Virus record (IMG/VR): IMGVR_UViG_3300010429_000387
Location: 32,001 to 96,000 of that record
Length of the DNA: 64,000 bases
Direction: 5' to 3' (one strand)
Source of the DNA: a virus
Lineage: Duplodnaviria > Caudoviricetes
Shown: positions 37,987 through 45,871 of the stretch, one piece after another
Position numbering within the stretch: position 1 is the stretch's first letter
Layout of the letters: every line of letters starts with the position of its first letter
Position numbers and translations under genes: made by a program
Notes under the pieces: model-generated
Database searches by the model: none
What the model saw: the letters and a program-made list of their open reading frames with translations, nothing else
Told to the model about the DNA's origin: nothing

Positions 37987-38171
37987 CTACTTCACTTTTT
38001 CCGAGCTATGATCGTGGACAAGACCCCGCAAACGAATGAAGAGGTCAAGGACGATCCAGCTCGGTATGGTACGCCTCGGGACATCGAGGCGTGTCCTCAC
38101 TGCTCTGGCTGGTGGTACAAGGGGGAGTTCCCCAAGCACTGGCCTGGGTGTCCTGAAGAGGGCAAGTTCAA

Positions 38172-38244
38172 GGGGCCTTAGCTCATCTGGGAGAGCGGTA
38201 GCTTTGCAAGCTATAGGTGACCGGTTCGAGTCCGGTAGGCTCCA
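38172..38244 (+). tRNA. tRNA-Ala(TGC)
   Basis: G3.U70, loop TTTGCAA. Confidence 0.9.
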
Positions 38245-38345
38245 CTCTGGGTACATGATTGGTCGTGCAGGGGACGCCCTGTGGGGGTTCGATTCCTCCC
38301 TAGCCTCTGGTGAGAATCCGTTCGACTCGGCAATGTATCCGGTTC

Positions 38346-38418
38346 GGGGCCATAGCTCATCTGGGAGAGCGCTGCTTTCGCACGGCAGAGGTGGAGGGTT
38401 CAAGTCCCTTTGGCTCCA
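38346..38418 (+). tRNA. tRNA-Ala(CGC)
   Basis: G3.U70, loop TTCGCAC. Confidence 0.9.
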
Positions 38419-38466
38419 CAGCGGGACCACGCCCATGCTAGTCATGGCTGGTCCCTGCTCATCCTT

Positions 38467-38538
38467 GCTGGTGTAGCTCAACGGTAGAGCACCGGTTTTG
38501 TAAACCGGTGGTTGCGGGTTCGATTCCCATCACCAGCT
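38467..38538 (+). tRNA. tRNA-Thr(TGT)
   Basis: loop TTTGTAA. Confidence 0.9.
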
Positions 38539-38565
38539 CAAATCTCCTTGTAGGGCCTGGTAACC

Positions 38566-38925
38566 ATGAGCGACTACAACTACGACGCCAAGGTGAAGCG
38601 GGTAGTGGATGGGGACACGGTCTACCTGGACGTGGACCTCGGCTTCGGAGTCTGGGCGACCCTGGACTTCAGGCTTGCTGGGATCAACACCCCCGAGGTG
38701 GTGGGTACCCAGAAGGTTGCCGGGCTTGCTGCCAAGGAGGAGCTGGTCAGGCTTCTGGGTCTCGGGACGATCCGGATCGTCTCCTTCAAGACCGAGAAGT
38801 ATGGCCGTTGGCTTGCCTCGATCTTCGTCAAGCAGGCTGATGGTGTAGAGCTGAATGTGAACGATGAACTGGTCAAGGGCGGGTTTGCCGTACCCTACTC
38901 GGGAGACGGACCAAAGCCAGTTTGA
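38566..38925 (+). CDS. thermonuclease (SNase-like)
   Basis: RVVDGDT, RLAGINTPE, EKYGRWLA, LVKGGFA. Confidence 0.9.
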   Translation: MSDYNYDAKVKRVVDGDTVYLDVDLGFGVWATLDFRLAGINTPEVVGTQKVAGLAAKEELVRLLGLGTIRIVSFKTEKYGRWLASIFVKQADGVELNVNDELVKGGFAVPYSGDGPKPV

Positions 38926-38933
38926 CCCTGATT

Positions 38934-38954
38934 GCGGGCATAGCTCAATGGTAG
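38934..38954 (+). pseudogene. 5' stub of a tRNA-Gly
   Basis: GCGGGCATAGCTCAATGGTAG interrupted by the HNH promoter. Confidence 0.65.
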
Positions 38955-38983
38955 TTGACCTCTAACTGACTTTGTGCTACGAT
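38955..38983 (+). promoter_or_regulatory. sigma70-type promoter of HNH gene
   Basis: TTGACC-N17-TACGAT with extended TG, 5 nt before ATG. Confidence 0.65.
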
Positions 38984-38988
38984 AGGTT

Positions 38989-39570
38989 ATGCCTACCTGT
39001 CAAAAGTGCTCGCAGTCCTTTCCCAACTGGGCTTCTATTGGTGGTGTCAAGAAAAACCTGGGAAATCGAAGGTACTGCCTCACTTGTTCCCCATGGGGTA
39101 GCCACAACACCAGGGATCTACATAGCGATCCACTCCCAGAGGGACTTAGGCGATGCTCAATCTGCAAGGTTGCACTGACTAAGGACAACTTTTACACTTT
39201 AGGTAGGGGTGGAGAGTTCAACTACTGCAAGTCGTGTGATCGTTCTCGGCAGAATGCCCGTCACCTTGAGTTCAAGCGTCAAGCCGTGGCTTACAAAGGA
39301 GGGTCTTGTATATTGTGTGGGTACAATAGGTGTCTAGCAGCGCTGGACTTCCATCACCTCAACCCACTTGAGAAGGAGTTCAAGGTAGCTAACTACAAGC
39401 GTCCTCAGATGAGTGAGTCAATTAGGCGGGAGTTGGACAAGTGCGTCCTTGTGTGTAGGAACTGTCATTCTGAGATTCATGCGGGTGTAGTTCAGTTGGT
39501 AGAACATCAGCTTCCCAAGCTGGATGTCGTGGGTTCAAGTCCCATCGCCCGCTCTGTAGAGAATGACTGA
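38989..39570 (+). CDS. HNH homing-endonuclease-like protein
   Basis: YKGGSC..CGY..CLAALDFHH..ELDKC.LVC.NCH.EIH. Confidence 0.88.
   Translation: MPTCQKCSQSFPNWASIGGVKKNLGNRRYCLTCSPWGSHNTRDLHSDPLPEGLRRCSICKVALTKDNFYTLGRGGEFNYCKSCDRSRQNARHLEFKRQAVAYKGGSCILCGYNRCLAALDFHHLNPLEKEFKVANYKRPQMSESIRRELDKCVLVCRNCHSEIHAGVVQLVEHQLPKLDVVGSSPIARSVEND
39481..39553 (+). tRNA. tRNA-Gly(CCC)
   Basis: loop TTCCCAA; lies inside the HNH ORF 3' end. Confidence 0.9.
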
Positions 39571-39684
39571 GGGACTACATCGGATTGGTGGCCGAGATGA
39601 CTAGGCACCTCCTTGACGGGAGGCCACGCTGGTTAGAGTCCAGCCCGACCCACACAACAGGTCTTTCAACCCCCTTGTCTCTAC
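39556..39684 (+). ncRNA. Y RNA-like copy 10 (non-permuted tRNA-Val-like cargo)
   Basis: GTAGAGAATGAC..GGACTACA [cloverleaf] GTCTTTCA..CTTGTCTCTAC. Confidence 0.78.
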
Positions 39685-39688
39685 TTCT

Positions 39689-39760
39689 GCTGACGTAGCT
39701 CAACGGTCGAGCACTTCCTTGGTAAGGAAGAGGTTGTGGGTCCGATTCCCATCGTCAGCT
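39689..39760 (+). tRNA. tRNA-Thr(GGT)
   Basis: loop TTGGTAA. Confidence 0.88.
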
Positions 39761-39762
39761 CC

Positions 39763-39930
39763 GTCCGACAAATGACAGTTAGGGTATCAAAGAGGGCCAG
39801 GTTCCTCTTCTCATAGAGGCTCATAGAGGAGGTCGGACCAATCTTCTCCAGGGTTGTACCTGGTGGAGTGGTGGAGGGTTATCGGAAACGATCACCCCTG
39901 GGGATCCGGGAAACCGGGTCCCCTAACTTT
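39763..39930 (+). ncRNA. Y RNA-like copy 11 (variant; 3' motif missing)
   Basis: GACAAATGAC-AGTTAGGG-TA...CCCTAACT; shares the CTCATAG cargo motif. Confidence 0.45.
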
Positions 39931-40007
39931 GCGGGTGTCGCCTCAATGGTGAGGCACCTGGTTGCCAATCAGGACCCCGGCCGGTTCGATCCCGGTCACC
40001 CGCTCCA
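39931..40007 (+). tRNA. tRNA-Gly(GCC)
   Basis: loop TTGCCAA, ends TCCA. Confidence 0.88.
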
Positions 40008-40009
40008 TG

Positions 40010-40223
40010 TCCTTCTCTCGTCACGCCGAAGCATGGTAGATCGGCCCATGCAGCGAGGGTTGGGTGCATACAAACAGCAGTGGAACCCAGAATCCGACCC
40101 TACCTGAGTCCGAAGGGCTGTGAAGCGGCCAGCCACAGGTAGACGTTCGTAGCTACGATTGCTGCAACGCTGTTTGAGGTCCCTTCGTCGCCCATACGGG
40201 TCCCAGAGAACCTGGAGGAAGGG
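40010..40223 (+). ncRNA. rod-like structured RNA (6S-like candidate)
   Basis: terminal CCTTCTC/GAGGAAGG, internal AAACAGC/GCTGTTT flanking a bubble. Confidence 0.35.
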
Positions 40224-40230
40224 TTCGTTT

Positions 40231-40302
40231 GTCGAGGTACCCAAGTGGTAAGGGAACGGTTTGCAAAACCGTGATTCATGGGTTCGATCCCCATCCTCGA
40301 CT
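40231..40302 (+). tRNA. tRNA-Cys(GCA)
   Basis: loop TTGCAAA, U73. Confidence 0.9.
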
Positions 40303-40306
40303 CTAT

Positions 40307-40378
40307 GCGGGTGTCGCTCAATGGTAGAGCATCAGCCTTCCAAGCTGAACATTGAGGGTTCGAGTCCCTTCGCCCGCT
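40307..40378 (+). tRNA. tRNA-Gly(TCC)
   Basis: loop CTTCCAA. Confidence 0.9.
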
Positions 40379-40380
40379 CC

Positions 40381-40483
40381 GAAGCGAATGCCATCGAGGA
40401 GTACATTTAGTTCGATTCTAAAGTCCCCGGCTTCTATCGGGGACCGCCTATTGGAGGCAACCTCTTCGTCTTCTTGTCGCTTC
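40381..40483 (+). ncRNA. Y RNA (YrlA-like) copy 12, compact permuted tRNA cargo
   Basis: GAAGCGAATGCC..GGAGTACA TTTAG-TTCGATT-CTAAA, GTCCCC/GGGGAC, GCCT-ATTGG-AGGC; CTTGTCGCTTC. Confidence 0.85.
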
Positions 40484-40567
40484 AACAACCTAGGAGCCAC
40501 CTATGTCCCACCGGAAAGTGAAGGGTTTCCTTTAAGGTAGCGCCAATCGCTGCCTGAAGGAGACCGC

Positions 40568-40756
40568 TTGCACACGAACCACCGTCGTTCGTCCCGTCGT
40601 CACCACAGGCTCTACCTGCACCATCGGAGGGCCTGGCTCAAACGCCTCTTCAACCACACCTACCGCCAGAGGGTCCGAGAGGCCCTTCGCTGGGACCCTG
40701 ACCTCTGGGAGATCCCCTCCTACGATGAGGTTTGTGACATCTGGTTCTGGGATTGA
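40568..40756 (+). CDS. small basic hypothetical protein
   Basis: AAGGAG SD before TTG. Confidence 0.45.
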   Translation: MHTNHRRSSRRHHRLYLHHRRAWLKRLFNHTYRQRVREALRWDPDLWEIPSYDEVCDIWFWD

Positions 40757-40777
40757 TCGGTCGGTGTACCGTAGGCC

Positions 40778-41320
40778 ATGGCAGGCAAGAAACCCATCAA
40801 ACTGGGCATCGACATCACTAAGGTTACCGTTGCCGAGGCCCAGGCAGCCCTCAAGCCACACGTTCAGGGGGCAGGGGTGATCTGTCCTTGTTGTCTCCAG
40901 CTCGTGAAGCTCTACGAGAGGGAGATCACAGGGTCCATGGCCTACGTCGCCATCCTACTCCACCGGCACTTCCAGGAGGACCAGAACTGGCTCCACGTCC
41001 CCGACTACCTCTCGAACATGAGCAAGATCGGATCGGCTGTTCGAGGTGGGGACTGGTCCAAGCTCCGATACTGGGGTCTCATTGAGGAGAAGCCAGAGGA
41101 GAAGCGAAAGGACGGGAGCAAGCGGGCAGGCTTCTACAAGATGACCGAGAAGGGTCACCAGTTCGTGAAGGGTGAGATCAAGGTCCAGCGGAGCATCCTG
41201 CTCTACAACGACCACTTCCTTGGCTTCGGCAAGGGGGAGGTCGGAATCAAGGACTGCCTCGGGAAAGAGTTCAACTACGATGACTTGATGGCCGGGCAGC
41301 TTGGCGGGTTCATCGTGTAG
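40778..41320 (+). CDS. hypothetical protein (CPCC + winged-helix-like)
   Basis: CPCC; KLRYWGLIE..G.Y..TEKG..FV.G. Confidence 0.6.
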   Translation: MAGKKPIKLGIDITKVTVAEAQAALKPHVQGAGVICPCCLQLVKLYEREITGSMAYVAILLHRHFQEDQNWLHVPDYLSNMSKIGSAVRGGDWSKLRYWGLIEEKPEEKRKDGSKRAGFYKMTEKGHQFVKGEIKVQRSILLYNDHFLGFGKGEVGIKDCLGKEFNYDDLMAGQLGGFIV

Positions 41321-41325
41321 TTCAT

Positions 41326-41401
41326 GCCCCTGTAGGTCAATGGATAGACTAGCGGTTTTCTAAACCGTATGTTGAAGGTTCGAGTCCTTCCAGGGGTGCC
41401 A
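41326..41401 (+). tRNA. tRNA-Arg(TCT)
   Basis: loop TTTCTAA, ends GCCA. Confidence 0.9.
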
Positions 41402-41402
41402 T

Positions 41403-41478
41403 GTCCGTGTAGCTCAATGGATCGAGCACCTGGCTACGAACCAGGCGGTTGAAAGTTCGAGTCTTTCCACGGACGCCA
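41403..41478 (+). tRNA. tRNA-Arg(ACG)
   Basis: loop CTACGAA, ends GCCA. Confidence 0.9.
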
Positions 41479-41511
41479 AGAGGGGCCTCTCACGAGACCC
41501 CTCTTTCATTT

Positions 41512-41584
41512 GGCCCTGTAGCTCAACGGATAGAGTGCCAGCTTGCGAAGCTGAAGGTTGGAGGTTCGATTCCTCTCAGGGCCG
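41512..41584 (+). tRNA. tRNA-Arg(GCG)
   Basis: loop TTGCGAA, A20. Confidence 0.85.
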
Positions 41585-41586
41585 CT

Positions 41587-44067
41587 CTAGCGGGATGCCT
41601 TCCGAATGTGGTCACCCTGGACATCGGTCGTGACCCAGTAGATATAGGCTGCATCCGGGTTGTCAGCCGTCATTGTCTTCACGGTCCCCTGGCCTACTGC
41701 TAGGGTCTTTACTGTGTAGGCTGTTTCGTCAATGACCTCGATCCACCCCTGGTGGGCTGCCCCTAGGTACACGGTCTGGTTGCTGGTGGTCTTGGAGAAG
41801 GACAGCGCTTCAGTGGGGGTCCCAAGGAAGTTGGTGCTAGTGTTAGCGTGCCACACGCCAGCTCCCACTCCATTCTTGGATCCACTCCAGGCCCAACCCG
41901 CAATCCCGTACTTGGTCCCAGCCGCCCAGGTGAGGTTCGAGACAGAGACCGTCTTCACCCCTGTGGTAGGCTCCACGAAGGACACTTGCCCAGCCGTCCA
42001 CTTCGGAGATATCGAGGTGCCCGTGTTGACCCCACACTCGGTCAGCATGAGGGTGCTGGACAGGGCGATGGGTTGGGCGGAGACCGACCAGACGAACCCG
42101 GAGAGAGTCCCTCCGGTGGTCGGGACCCGCATCAAGTCACTTCCCGAGCGGTTGGTTGCACAGTCCTTGTACTCACGAGTGAGATAGTAAACGTATCCTG
42201 CCTGGACTTGAACGTGGACTGCGAAGAACCCAGGAGTGTAGACCCCCGGAGCTATCGAGTCTGTGGACAGCACAACCGTGGTGCTCCCGTCAACCGAGGT
42301 CTTCATGATCTTCTGGTTTGATTGCTCGCTCCAGAAGACGTAGCCACCGTCTACCGCCAGACCTGAGGGCTGGGTTCCTGAGGCGATCTTCACGGGAGAC
42401 CCACCTACCTTCGGCAGCTTGTAGACGCCAGGGCCAGAGGGGTTCACCGAGGTCCAGTAGAGGTTGGCCGTGTCCTGGATGATCTCGACGATGCCTCCAC
42501 CTGCCACCAAGGCCAGCTCAGTCACCGGGTACTGGCAGGAGCCAGCGTTGCAGGTCCCCCCTCCGATGCACTTGACCCCGCATCCACCACAGTTGTTCAC
42601 GTCACTTCCGAGGGTGTTCACCTCACAGCCGTCGCCCACGGTCCCGTTGCAGTTGTCCCAGCCAGCCTGGCAGACCCCAACCCCACAGCCAGAGGGGGTA
42701 CAGGCAGCCGTCGTGGTATGTGGGGCCTGGTAGCACTGGTTCCCGCATCCGAGGCAGTTGTTCGGGTCGGAGGTCGTGTTCACCTCACAACCGTCCGAGA
42801 CCTGGCCGTTGCAGTTCTGGTTGACCCCGGTACAGGCGATCTGGCAGACCCCATCGTTGCAGCTCGGGGTTCCCCCAGTCGAGGAGCAGACTGAGTTCAG
42901 GCAGGCCCCACAGTGGTATGGATCGCTCTTCAAGTTCACTTCGCAACCGTCGGCCAGGTTGCCGTTGCAGTCAGCGAAGCCGTCCAAGCAGGTGTACTGG
43001 CAAGCCCCCGTGCAAGAGGCCACCATGTTGGTCGGGGCAATGCACTTGACCCCGCACCCTCCACAGTTGGTCAGGGTTGTGGTGTCGGTCTCACAGCCGT
43101 TCGAGGCGTTGCCATCGCAGTTCCCGACTCCAGCCGGGCAGATAACCTGGGTGCAGGCAAGGTTCTGGCAGACTTCGGTGCCCGAGTTGCACTTGATATT
43201 GCACCCTCCACAGTTGTTCATCGTGTCGAGGGGGGTCTCACACCCATCCGCAAGTAGCCCGTTGCAGTTCTCCCAACCTGGGTCACAGAGAAGGTTGCAG
43301 GTTGCCCACTGACAAAGGCCAGTTCCATGGGCACCCTGGCAAGGGTTGCCACAGGCACCACAACTTGAGGCGGTTGTCTCCAGGTTGGTTTCGCACCCAT
43401 CTGCTGCATTGTGGTTGCAGTCCTCCAGGGGCCAGGTGCAGACAAGACCAGCATCCGATCCACCCGAGCCACCGGTACCAGCATTCGATCCACCCGAGCC
43501 CCCAGAGGAGGTACCGCCGGTTCCTGAATCGGTTCCACCCGAGCCCCCAGTGGATGACCCGCCAGAACCCGAGGTTCCTCCGGTCCCAGCATCGGATCCA
43601 CCCGAACCCGAGGTCCCCCCGGTTCCTGAGGTCCCCCCGCCGGTCCCAGAATCCGAACCACTGGACCCAGAGCTTCCCCCTGTTCCAGCATCAGATCCAC
43701 TTGAACCTGAGGTACCACCGGTCCCAGCATCCGAGCCGCCTGAGCCCCCAGTAAATGTGCCACCAGAACCCGAGGTCCCTCCGGTCCCCGAGTCCACGGA
43801 TCCACCGGCCCCGGAAGTTCCGGAGTCGGATCCACCGGCCCCACCAGCATCGGTTCCGGAACCCCCTCCTGAGCCAGAGGTACCCGAGTCAGCCCCAGCT
43901 TCTTGAGTGGTTCCGCTGGAACCTCCTGTGGATGAACCGGAGGAACCGCTGGTTCCCGTGTCCACTGTAGGCGGAACGTTGATTGTGATGTTGGTGTCGC
44001 CCTCGCCCCCGCCACATCCGGCTAGGAGGAAAGCGGCCACGATGATGTAGCTTGCTTGTCGAGTCAT
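41587..44067 (-). CDS. myxobacterial-type lipoprotein: Gly/Ser/Thr linker, Cys-rich repeats, C-terminal beta-propeller
   Basis: lipobox LAGC; GTGGTSGSGGSDA repeats; CNG...DGCE(V/T)N..D..NCGGCG repeats; LYWT/YVFW/YIYW blades. Confidence 0.8.
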   Translation of the reverse strand: MTRQASYIIVAAFLLAGCGGGEGDTNITINVPPTVDTGTSGSSGSSTGGSSGTTQEAGADSGTSGSGGGSGTDAGGAGGSDSGTSGAGGSVDSGTGGTSGSGGTFTGGSGGSDAGTGGTSGSSGSDAGTGGSSGSSGSDSGTGGGTSGTGGTSGSGGSDAGTGGTSGSGGSSTGGSGGTDSGTGGTSSGGSGGSNAGTGGSGGSDAGLVCTWPLEDCNHNAADGCETNLETTASSCGACGNPCQGAHGTGLCQWATCNLLCDPGWENCNGLLADGCETPLDTMNNCGGCNIKCNSGTEVCQNLACTQVICPAGVGNCDGNASNGCETDTTTLTNCGGCGVKCIAPTNMVASCTGACQYTCLDGFADCNGNLADGCEVNLKSDPYHCGACLNSVCSSTGGTPSCNDGVCQIACTGVNQNCNGQVSDGCEVNTTSDPNNCLGCGNQCYQAPHTTTAACTPSGCGVGVCQAGWDNCNGTVGDGCEVNTLGSDVNNCGGCGVKCIGGGTCNAGSCQYPVTELALVAGGGIVEIIQDTANLYWTSVNPSGPGVYKLPKVGGSPVKIASGTQPSGLAVDGGYVFWSEQSNQKIMKTSVDGSTTVVLSTDSIAPGVYTPGFFAVHVQVQAGYVYYLTREYKDCATNRSGSDLMRVPTTGGTLSGFVWSVSAQPIALSSTLMLTECGVNTGTSISPKWTAGQVSFVEPTTGVKTVSVSNLTWAAGTKYGIAGWAWSGSKNGVGAGVWHANTSTNFLGTPTEALSFSKTTSNQTVYLGAAHQGWIEVIDETAYTVKTLAVGQGTVKTMTADNPDAAYIYWVTTDVQGDHIRKASR

Positions 44068-44134
44068 TGAACGTCTCCTCCCCCTACAACGTATGTGGTA
44101 CCCAACCTTTCAACCGAGTCGAGAACATTTTTCT

Positions 44135-44146
44135 GCCCCAGTAGCT
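44135..44146 (+). pseudogene. 5' stub of a tRNA (Arg-like)
   Basis: GCCCCAGTAGCT running into TTGACG. Confidence 0.4.
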
Positions 44147-44182
44147 TGACGGACACTACTTTCCTTGTATCCATTCAGATAC

Positions 44183-44749
44183 ATGAAGGTTTGCAAGTCC
44201 TGTGGCGTGTCGATCCCATGTCGATCTGTGGTTGAAGGTAGGGTAGTCCACCTGCAAAACAGAAGGTATTGCCTTCAATGCTCACCCTTCAAGAAGGGTG
44301 GGAAAGGGTTTCATGGGGACAAGACCACTGAGGAAGGTCTCAGGGTATGCCCGTGCTGTAAGGATAATCTCCCAACGGGAGCTTTCTACAAGAGGACCCG
44401 TCCAGGAGGTGGTTTCTCAGTCTGGTGCAAGAGTTGTCAACGAGTGGAGGATGTTGAGCGGCAGCGGAGGTTCAAGGCTAAGTGCGTTGACTACAAAGGT
44501 GGGTCATGTACTAGGTGTGGTTACAGCAAGTATGTAGGTGCTCTTGAGTTTCATCATCGAGACCCGAACACAAAAGACCTCGCTATGGCTCAAGCTCGGA
44601 GTCAACCGTGGCGTGAGGTTATTGCAGAGTTGGACAAATGCGACCTACTCTGTGCAAACTGCCATCGAGAAGCCCATGCGGAGCTTCAAGGAATACTACC
44701 TCTCCTTGTCCAGGCGGATCCCCTGGCATCAGCCTCCGAAGCTGATTGA
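44183..44749 (+). CDS. HNH homing-endonuclease-like protein (paralogue of 38989)
   Basis: NRRYCL.CSP, YKGGSCTRCGY, ALEFHH, ELDKCDLLCANCHREAH. Confidence 0.88.
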   Translation: MKVCKSCGVSIPCRSVVEGRVVHLQNRRYCLQCSPFKKGGKGFHGDKTTEEGLRVCPCCKDNLPTGAFYKRTRPGGGFSVWCKSCQRVEDVERQRRFKAKCVDYKGGSCTRCGYSKYVGALEFHHRDPNTKDLAMAQARSQPWREVIAELDKCDLLCANCHREAHAELQGILPLLVQADPLASASEAD

Positions 44750-44774
44750 CAAGGTTCGACTCCTTGCAGGGAGG
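44702..44774 (+). tRNA. tRNA-Arg(CCG), atypical
   Basis: CTCCTTG/CAGGGAG; ATCAGC-CTCCGAA-GCTGAT; overlaps HNH stop. Confidence 0.65.
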
Positions 44775-44778
44775 CTAT

Positions 44779-44852
44779 GCCTCTGTAGCTCAATGGACAG
44801 AAGCACTGGTCTTCGGAACCAGGGGTTGGGGGTTCGAGTCCCTCCAGAGGCG
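44779..44852 (+). tRNA. tRNA-Arg(TCG)
   Basis: loop CTTCGGA. Confidence 0.85.
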
Positions 44853-44856
44853 CTAT

Positions 44857-44929
44857 TGCAGCAACCTGAGGCAGGAGGCGGGCTTCATAAGCCTGACCAG
44901 GTAGGGTTCGAGTCCCTCTGCTGCAACCA
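44857..44929 (+). tRNA. tRNA-Met/Ile2(CAT), reduced D arm
   Basis: TGCAGCA/TGCTGCA, ends ACCA; loop TTCATAA. Confidence 0.65.
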
Positions 44930-44930
44930 T

Positions 44931-45005
44931 GCGGGGTTCGCTTTCAGGGAGAGCATCTGCCTTACAAGCAGAACCAGGTGGGTTCGAGTCCCACACCCCG
45001 TACCA
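44931..45005 (+). tRNA. tRNA-Val(TAC)
   Basis: loop CTTACAA, ends ACCA. Confidence 0.88.
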
Positions 45006-45006
45006 T

Positions 45007-45089
45007 CGGCATGTGGCGGAATGGCAGACGCCCCAGATTTAGGCTCTGGTGGGAGAAATCCCGTGGAGGTTCGAGTCCTCTCATGCCGA
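45007..45089 (+). tRNA. tRNA-Leu(TAG)
   Basis: loop TTTAGGC, variable arm. Confidence 0.88.
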
Positions 45090-45148
45090 CGAAAGGTGGG
45101 TACCAAGGTGAAATTCAAGATACAAAGGCCGAGTCTCAGCACACTTTC

Positions 45149-45219
45149 CCGTGTGTGGGGCCGGTCGCCTCAGGAGTTCCTATAAAGCTCTGATCCTGGT
45201 TCAACTCCAGGCACACGGA
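45149..45219 (+). tRNA. tRNA-Ile(TAT)-like, atypical
   Basis: CCGTGTG/CACACGG; GGAGTT-CCTATAA-AGCTCT; 3-nt V loop. Confidence 0.6.
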
Positions 45220-45227
45220 CAGAAAAT

Positions 45228-45301
45228 GCGGGGCGAGCAAGCTGGTGAAAGCACCACCTCGACAAGGTGGCCCCCGATGGGTTCGATCCCCATGCCCCGT
45301 A
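45228..45301 (+). tRNA. tRNA-Val(GAC)
   Basis: loop TCGACAA. Confidence 0.75.
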
Positions 45302-45331
45302 CCGGTGTACATATCGACAGAGGAGATGAAG

Positions 45332-45871
45332 ATGAAGACCACTGGATACGCCCTCCGAGAGGCGATCAAACAGCATGAGCTTCGCCGGGACACGGCAGCC
45401 AGGGCCTTCCAAGGCTCCCTGAAGGCGTTTCCTGGTGAGGATAAGGAGACCCCCGTCCAGGTGGTCGATGCTTTCCTGAAGGCAGAGCAATCCATCGCCA
45501 AGCTCCAGACGGCTCAGGCTCGCTACAACCTCACCGTGAGGGTAGAGGTGGCGGGGCTCGGGCACTACCTTGGGGACAAGACCACCATCACCCTTTCCGA
45601 GGCCATCAAGAGCATCGGAGGGATCGCTCGGGCGGAGAAGATGTGGAGGTCCGCTGCTGGACCGAAGCCCGACCGCTATGGTGGGTACCGTGACAATGAG
45701 GATGAACTCGACCCGACCAAGGTCCGGTCGAAGGCAACCATCACCGCCTCCAAGGCGGTTGAGCTGGCGTCCCTCGTAGCCAAGCGAGCAGGCTCCCTCA
45801 GGGCTGCCATCGCTACGGCCAACGCTCGGGAGGTCGAAATCGAAGACTTGGACCCGACACTCTTTGAGTAG
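45332..45871 (+). CDS. coiled-coil protein, possibly DIP1984/DUF6847-like
   Basis: GAGGAG SD; LREAIK..IAKLQTAQARYN..TLSEAI pattern. Confidence 0.5.
   Translation: MKTTGYALREAIKQHELRRDTAARAFQGSLKAFPGEDKETPVQVVDAFLKAEQSIAKLQTAQARYNLTVRVEVAGLGHYLGDKTTITLSEAIKSIGGIARAEKMWRSAAGPKPDRYGGYRDNEDELDPTKVRSKATITASKAVELASLVAKRAGSLRAAIATANAREVEIEDLDPTLFE

Noticed and set aside
38030-38165. Additional Y RNA at ACGAATGAAGAGG
   Set aside because: No TACA or CTTGTC partner; it reads better as a short ORF with CPHC.
38246-38340. Extra tRNA between the Ala tRNAs
   Set aside because: Only T-arm-like fragments; no complete cloverleaf could be built.
40503-40756. -1 frameshift at G GGT TTC plus amber readthrough joining MSHRKVKGF to the 40568 ORF
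   Set aside because: It needs two recoding events, while the TTG at 40568 has its own AAGGAG SD.
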